DNA of 58,767 nt, filler included, from Dugesia japonica (lineage: Eukaryota), in the NCBI GenBank assembly GCA_001938525.1. It is 5 parts of 5 records of this genome, joined end to end, with 100 filler letters (N's around TTAATTAATTAA, not from the genome) between each part and the next. Parts side by side here need not be neighbours in the genome. Positions count along the whole stretch, not along the records: positions 49,139 to 58,767 come from MQRL01635368.1; 4 more parts are not named here. One strand, written 5' to 3'. Of the stretch, positions 52,604 to 58,767 are shown piece after piece. The translations under genes and the position numbers were made by a program. The notes beneath the pieces were generated by a model, which worked only from the letters and a program-made list of their open reading frames with translations, had not been told where the DNA came from and ran no database searches. Position 1 is the stretch's first letter. Every line of letters starts with the position of its first letter.

Positions 52604-53019
52604 TGTTATGAATATTTTATGTATTTATCGAATAAAATGTATATCATTTTTATGTTGTATTTTCTTTCTTTTGTTGATGATATTAGGGAAAACAAAGGTT
52701 TATGGGTGTGTACCTCCCATTAAGAGTGAGGTCAACCGCCATGAACTGAAAACCTACCCTAGGGGCGGTAGGTTAAATTCTTGAACGGGTTCCCCTGAGG
52801 GCTGTTTTTCCCCAGTCACAAACTTTTTCACTCAACTCAGGTGGAACCCCAACAAATATAATAAAATATAAAATTAAATATTTGATTTTTCCGTTTTTGA
52901 TTATAAATTTTTTAATTTGTTTGTTTAATTAACTAATGATGGCATAGTTTTTAAATAAATCGTAATGACTTTGAATTCTGATATTAGTGATTCGATGAGT
53001 TTTCAAAACTTAACTAACA
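52604..53019 (+). mobile_element. Gypsy 5' LTR (416 bp)
   Basis: TGTTA...TAACA termini, immediately followed by a PBS and gag. The 5' boundary is inferred from the terminal inverted match only. Confidence 0.65.
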
Positions 53020-54150
53020 TGGTGGCAGCGGTAAACACCGATGCAATCACAGAAAGATTGTTGCCACAAATATTTTGAAGAGGCGATGATCTAGAGAAGT
53101 TAATCAAACGGTTTGAAATATACTTTAAGGCAAAGAACATATTTGTTTAGAAAGATCAGGACCGTTGGGTAACATGTATGCTTCATGAATATTTAATGGA
53201 AGCATATGTAAAGACATTGAAGAAAGCTGATGGTTATCGAGATAGATTGCTATTAGCTTTAAAGAGCAAATGAGACATGATAAAAGATTAACAGAATCTT
53301 AAAAGCTATCAACGTGGTAATGAAGAAATTGAGGTGTATTTTAAAAAAGTGGAAGATTTGATAGATAGATTTTTAGCAAATGAAGAGCTGGAGAAAGAAA
53401 AACTCTTATCAAAAATGCTAATAATTTGTGAATATAGTAAAAAAGCAGAAAAAAGATTATCATGAAAAAATTTAAGAAAGTAGTAGACATAAAAACAACG
53501 TTATCTTCGGTGGAAATAATAGAAAACAGAGAACCTATTAACGTAGTAAAGAGTTACGCTGGTGTAACATGTGGAGAATGTTTCGGAGAAAGGAGACAAA
53601 ATATTGAGAGAGTTACAAAAAGAACAGAACCACAGTATTGGACATGCCAGAGTTATGGGCATACAAAAAAAGTCCAAAAGTATCCAAAAAATGCTCATGT
53701 GGAATGTTGGACTTGTCACAAAAAAGGACATTTAATTAGAAATTGTCCAGACAAGAAACCATCAAAAGGTTTTATGTGTGGTAAGATTGGTCATGTTAGA
53801 AAGATGTGCACAGAAATTGTATGTGTACGTTGTATGTATGTAAAGAACCGGGTGACAGAGCAAAAGAATGTTATTCGAACATTAATAAACCTAGACTAGA
53901 AGAAGGAAGATACAATTTTAGAAGTGAACAACAAATAAAAGATTGGAGTCGGAAAAAACTAATTCATGCCATTCGAGAAAAATTTGATGATGAGCATGAC
54001 GAGAGATTTTCTGAGAGCATAATAGAAAATGAAGATCCTAGAAGAGAATACCCAAAAGGCAGGGCTCCATCAGTGGAGAAGTTATTCGGAGCCATATATA
54101 GAATCGAAAAAATAATAAAATCGAAAGGAACAAAAAAGAATAAACAATAA
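53019..54150 (+). pseudogene. gag: Ty3/Gypsy gag with about 4 CCHC knuckles, decayed; pol absent
   Basis: MVAAVNTDAITERLLPQIF*RGDDLEKLIKRFEIYF.. with several stops; CWTCHKKGHLIRNC, FMCGKIGHVRKMC and CKEPGDRAKEC. Confidence 0.8.
53020..53032 (+). promoter_or_regulatory. Primer-binding site complementary to the tRNA-Leu 3' end
   Basis: TGGTGGCAGCGGT is the reverse complement of ACCGCUGCCACCA, the 3' end of eukaryotic tRNA-Leu(AAG/UAG); it abuts the LTR-terminal CA. Confidence 0.8.
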
Positions 54151-54343
54151 TGAAATTAAAAAATTTCTATACACCTTTACCTAGTAATAGTTGTCCTCTT
54201 ATTCATCCGAATAATAATGCTAGTAAATTCAATTGTTGAGCTTCAAAATCCGATTTATGGATGGTAGTTGGGAAGTAGCATTGTTGGATTTTACCTTTTT
54301 ATATCAAACATTTTCATTATATAGCAAATCTAAAATTCAATAA
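54150..54343 (+). pseudogene. Maverick minor capsid (penton) N-terminal fragment, LPSN type; not in the ORF track
   Basis: MKLKNFYTPLPSNSCPLIHPNNNASKF /frameshift/ IVELQNPIY /frameshift/ DGSWEVALLDFTF, matching the FYxxLPSN..PxN..F..L..PI.L.G.WEVxL penton start. Confidence 0.8.
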
Positions 54344-54407
54344 ATGACATCGAAAACCATAACGAAAAAAGTGACTATAATAATTAATCATAAAGAAAAG
54401 TTGTTGA

Positions 54408-54710
54408 GTGTCAATCAAAATGATCATGTTGCTATACGCGATAGGACCGTTGAAATCTAATGCATCAGCAGAACTTGGTAATGCAGTGTCTTCGCTACCT
54501 AGTGGAGTAACTGATATGATTCCAATAGTAGCAAACATGTTACCATCTAGTATAATAAATAGGATTCCATCGGAAATAAGTAATATGATAACAAAGCAAC
54601 CGCAAAAAAGTAATAAAAAACTTAAAAAATCAAAAGCAACAGGTATAAACAAACGAATGAGAGGACATGAAACAATTGTTGAAAATGATTTGCAGTATTT
54701 GTATTTTTGA
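54408..54710 (+). pseudogene. Small Maverick protein with basic C-terminal tail upstream of MCP (putative core/DNA-binding protein), partial
   Basis: Position immediately 5' of MCP; amphipathic helical segment followed by KQPQKSNKKLKKSK..KRMR. Confidence 0.45.
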
Positions 54711-55864
54711 TCGTCCTTCACCTCAAGCAGTTATTGAAAATGCTGCATTTGAAGATTTGTTTCCAATGAATTCAATTTCTGATTCAAAAAGCGATGTAGA
54801 ATGTTATATGAATGGATGTCAAACTGAATATTTGGATTTGAATGATAATTTATTGTATATTAAACTTGATAAGGCAGGCAAAGATTTAGTTGAGACTCAT
54901 GATGTAATTCCTAGTAATTATATGTTGCATTCACTTTTTAGGGATGTAATTCTTTTATTTAATAATTACAAAATTGAAGGTGGAAATGGAACATATATTA
55001 AAAAAGTATTGACTGAAACTATATTGAATTATAATGGCGACAGTAAAAATATTTGTCTAGAAGCAATGAGGTGTGGATCAGAAGAAAATAAAAAAGCTTC
55101 TATTAAAAAATCCAAATCATTGTCTCTATGTGGTTCATTGCAACTTGATTTTATGGATCTTATTGTCAATATTCACATTCGATTGAAACGAGCAGAGGCT
55201 AATTCCTGTTTGGAATCTGCAGTAAATCAACCTACATATGTATTGCTAGATGCAAAATTAATGGTTAGAAATGTACGCGTTGAACCGTCAGTATTGGCTG
55301 GTCATCAATTAGGATTAAATAAGAAAAATGCAATTTATCCGATAANNNNNNNNNNNNNNNNNNNNNNNNNNNNNNNNNNNNNNNNNNNNNNNNNNNNNNN
55401 NNNNNNNNNNNNNNNNNNNNNNNNNNNNNNNNNNNNNNNNNNNNNNNNNNNNNNNNNNNNNNNNNNNNNNNNNNNNNNNNNNNNNNNNNNNNNNNNNNNN
55501 NNNNNNNNNNNNNNNNNNCCATATCTTTATCGAAAAACATTGATTATCGAGAGACATATATTCAAGATTTTCAAAACGATGATTATAGTACACCATATAT
55601 GCAAAGTGTTATTCGAAATATGGGATATTTGGATAAGAATATGAATTGTGGAATAACATTTAAAGAATTTAAGCAAATATCCGTTTTTTACAATTGTACT
55701 TTCTCCAGATTTCGATATTAATCAGAGTCAATTGTCTCAACAAGGAAATTTAAGATTGGATATAAAGTTTGCTAAAGCTTTGACTGCGCCAGCATATGTT
55801 ATAATATATGGAGTAATTAAAAGCGAAATCCAAATAAATGCTAATAAAAACCGTACTAGTGTAA
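54667..55864 (+). pseudogene. Maverick/Polinton major capsid protein, near full length, frameshifted
   Basis: IFDRPSPQAVIE..FPMNSI..EYLDLNDNLLYIKL..NYMLHSLFRDV..IHIRLKR..AKLMVRNV..NAIYPI..GNLRLDIKFAKAL..VIIYG; true end is TVLV-TAA at 55862-55864 by comparison with the minus copy. Confidence 0.9.
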
Positions 55865-56300
55865 AGAAAATGAAATTAATTTGTATTATACTGAAAACGA
55901 AGGTAAATCAGTTTTTACTGAAAGATTTATTAGAACTCTAAAAATAAAATGCGGAAATATTTTACATTAACAGGAAATCCAAAATGGAATAATAATTTAT
56001 TACAAAAGATTGTAAATGATTATAAAAACAACTCCAATAGACGCTAGTGAAATTCCTGAAAATATACAAGAAATAATTTAAGATTATAACCATGAAAATG
56101 AATCAATACATTTAAACAGAAATTTAAAATAATATAAATATAAATACAAATAATATAAATACAAATTTGAAAAAAGATTTACAGCTAAAAAGACAAGTGA
56201 AATATTTGTTGAAACAAAAGTATATAAAGCAAAACCATTTACTTATGGAATTAGTGATTTAGAAAATGAAAAAATTTCAGGTAGATTTTATGATAATGAA
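55860..56300 (+). pseudogene. Maverick retroviral-like (c-)integrase, C-terminal half; not in the ORF track
   Basis: CKENEINLYYTENEGKSVFTERFIRTLK /frameshift/ MRKYFTLTGNPKW..LQKIVNDY /frameshift/ TPID.. and KFEKRFTAKKTSEIF..KV..KPFTY.ISDLENEKISGRFYDNE, matching the ERFNRTLK and FEKGYTPNWTxEIF..GxFYxxE motifs. Confidence 0.85.
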
Positions 56301-56591
56301 AGTGAGTTATTAATACCAACTGGTCCCATTAAAACCGATAAACAAATCCAAAGGATTCAAATAAAATGTAAAAAACAAGAATTAGAAAAAAGAAAAAAAC
56401 CAGAAATAGATAAAAGAAAAAAATTAAGAAATCCACCAGAATTTTTTTGGAAGTGGTTATTTATAAGTATTGGTGATAAAAGAATTAAAACCATGAGTGT
56501 TGAAGAAAAAGAAATAATATTAAACTATTTAAAATTTTTAAATTTTGTTAATATGGATCCATTTAGTATGAAAATATTGTTAATAAAATAA
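56301..56591 (+). pseudogene. Unknown K-rich protein segment with FWKWL motif, in frame with the integrase tail
   Basis: Open frame 56154-56591 continues ..KRKKLRNPPEFFWKWLFISIGDKRIKTMSVEEKEIILNYLKFLNFVNMDPFS; paralogous to 57080-57200. Confidence 0.45.
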
Positions 56592-56939
56592 ATAATGAAC
56601 GAAGGAATGGTTCTGCAGATCAAACTGAAATAAAAGAATTCTTTTATGAAAAAATAACTTCTGATTATAAAAAAATAATCCCACAGAACCTGATTGTCCT
56701 CAGCAAGTTTTAGATTATGTTAATAATAAATATAATGATAAAGAAAAGAAGGATAAAGCAATAACAGAAATAAGTAAATTATTAATTTATATTAATGGAA
56801 ATTTTAATGATTATAATTTGGAACCGTTTAGTATATTTGTATTAAATTTTGTAGTATATAATTTTGTTATTGATGGGGATTTTGATCACTTCTGGGAATA
56901 ACAGATTTTTTATAAATTTTAAATTAATAAAAATATAAA

Positions 56940-57374
56940 ATGAGAAAAACACAAAATTCTAAAAACTCTACTGAAAATAATGAAACAATTAAAAAAGAAG
57001 AGCTAACACAAGAAAATAATATTGAAAAAGAAGAGCTAACGCAAGCCGAAGGTGATAAAACCAAAAGGGGCCCACATAAAACATTTTGGAAGTGGTTAAC
57101 TAATGATAATTCTGAATATATGTCAAAAGAGCAAATAGATGAAATTCAATTTTAAAATAACGTAAATTTTATAAATATGGGTATACCAAATTTAGCTCTA
57201 TTAAATATGAGTGTTAGAAAATTAGCTAATGATTATATAATTATTTCAACTGTAAAAGCCGGGCATAATAATTTAGAACAAGAAATTAAATCTGTTTGTA
57301 AATTATTATTAAAACAAGCCCAAGAGGGCCCACTAATTACTCAAGAAAAATATAATGTTTATAAAAATAAATAA
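56940..57374 (+). pseudogene. Single Maverick-associated gene split by one in-frame TAA (57153-57155); FWKWL motif and C-terminal AG[NH]N helical motif
   Basis: ORFs 56940-57155 and 57177-57374 are in the same frame. IISTVKAGHNNLEQEIKSVCKLLLKQ..IT resembles the conserved ..SxxAGNN..EI..I...L...II motif of Maverick small proteins. Confidence 0.55.
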
Positions 57375-57388
57375 TTTACCTAAAGAAA

Positions 57389-58053
57389 ATGTCTCATCAA
57401 TTTTTAGTTNTTGGGAAAAAGTCTGATCCTAAAGTAAATTTAAGATTTCCAATAGAATTAGATTCAGAATATAAAATGGGGTTATTGTGTTTTAGTTTTT
57501 ATAATATTATTTTTAATGTTACTAGTAAAAATAATACTTTCTACTGTAATGATAAATTAATAACTATAGAATCAGGTGCTTATGAAATTAAAGAAATATC
57601 TAATAATTTTTGTCAAAGTATAAAATTGATGTTACAGCAGATCAATCAACAACAAAATGTAATTTAGATATAAAAGAAAATACAATTAAATTTGATGACA
57701 AATCTTTTTTTCATACAATTTTAGGTTTTTTACCTAATCAGTATTCAGTTGGAAAATACTATTCAGAAAAAAAAATTGATATTTTAAATATTAATATGAT
57801 AAATATAACTTGTATTTTAGTTAAAGGTAATTAAATCAATAATTTACAAATGAATTTATTATATTCTTTTCCAGTAAATTCTGTTGGTTTTGGTTTTAAA
57901 ATTATAGAAAGACTTTATCCNNNNNNNNNNNNNNNNNNNNNNNNNNNNNNNNNNNNNNNNNNNNNNNNNNNNNNNNNNNNNNNNNNNNNNNNNNNNATAG
58001 ATTTTAATGGACAAACTATTTCTTTATTAGTTCATATTAGAAAATGTCTTTGA
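57389..58053 (+). pseudogene. Second Maverick minor capsid (penton), PIEL/YN..NV type, near full length, frameshifted
   Basis: FPIELDSEYKMGL..FYNIIFNVTSKNNTF..IESGAYEIKEI..TTKC..ILGF..IDILNINMINITCILVKG..LYSF..GFKIIE..IDFNGQTISLLVHIR. Confidence 0.85.
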
Positions 58054-58208
58054 ATTATACAGTTCTAGACGTTTTAAAAACATTTGGAATAAATACAAAA
58101 ACTCATTTTGATTTGTATTCTATTGCTGATTTTTTAAATTTAGAACTGAAAGTATTAATGAAAAATGAAGTTAAAGATATAGATAATAACACACATACTC
58201 GAATTTGA
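58044..58208 (+). pseudogene. Possible N-terminal fragment of a second Maverick protease overlapping the penton stop
   Basis: MSLNYTVLDVLKTFGINTKTHFDLYSIADFLNLELKVLMKNEVK resembles the xNFDL..A..L.I...VxMRDEL start of Maverick proteases; truncated before the catalytic motifs. Confidence 0.5.
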
Positions 58209-58619
58209 TTGGTTAGATTTGAAACCCTTGGTAAAAATTATTATTCTTCATCACAATTTCAAATTATTTTTAGAAAACCAGTGAACAAATTCAAGAGAGC
58301 TTTAAGTAATTTATTATTATTATTAACATTATTAACTTATTTTTAGAATTATCATGAATTCGTATAAACAAAATGGAAGATTTATTTCAACTATGAATAC
58401 TGTAAGATTAATATTATTTATTATTAATAAATTAATTATGTAATTTAGAATTTCAACGAAATAAGACATGAAGGTGAAGGATCTCGGAGGTTTGTGAATG
58501 GAGAATCACGTGAGTTTTTTTTATTGTTTTTTAATATTTTTTATAAGTTACATTTTATTAATATTTTTTTTAAATTTATTAAATTTTATTAAAATTTTAA
58601 AAAATATTATCAAAAACAG

Positions 58620-58750
58620 ATATTCTATGTCGCGTTCCATGATATGTTCCATGATATGATATTATGAAGACATGATCTATGTTATGAAGAAATGCTCTAT
58701 GTTATGAGGAAAAACTCTATGTTGTTATGAAAAAGAAATTATCTATGTTT
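58620..58750. repeat. Short degenerate tandem repeats (tctatgttatgaagaaa-like, about 19 bp; gttccatgatat x2)
   Basis: Directly visible. Confidence 0.7.
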
Positions 58751-58767
58751 TTTAAATGAAAAAGGTG

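Noticed and set aside
49139-58767. An intact, active Maverick/adintovirus
   Set aside because: Every viral gene is truncated or frameshifted, and no pPolB, ATPase or TIRs are visible.

Overview
Very AT-rich, repeat-dense eukaryotic DNA with spliceosomal GT-AG introns, probably from an invertebrate animal; the species cannot be determined. It is not one continuous sequence. Four identical artificial 100-bp spacers (44 N + TTAATTAATTAA + 44 N) join five assembly pieces: 1-16006, 16107-29382, 29483-38814, 38915-49038 and 49139-58767. Host genes are a 7-exon, phase-consistent + strand gene encoding a divergent C2-like/DSL/EGF/Ig-like extracellular protein (18063-27937), two exons of a possible hAT-derived (ZBED-like) gene, and a terminal coiled-coil exon. 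Mobile-element debris includes mariner, maT, Tc1, pogo-type and hAT elements and MITEs, and Ty3/Gypsy gag, pol and LTR remnants. Two things stand out. (1) A dispersed family of about 165-nt non-coding elements carrying minimal type I hammerhead ribozymes, with covarying stems, palindromic stem III and inverted arms that end at the predicted cleavage site (retrozyme or Penelope-pLTR-like), plus a second hammerhead family. (2) A cluster of decayed Maverick/Polinton (adintovirus-like) genes at 51.4-58.2 kb: two inverted major-capsid copies around a Gypsy LTR-gag insertion, two different penton types, two protease remnants (one with an apparent intron) and an integrase fragment fused at the capsid stop codon. 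The cluster looks like a chimera of the two main Maverick lineages. All family assignments come from motif recognition by eye, not from database searches.
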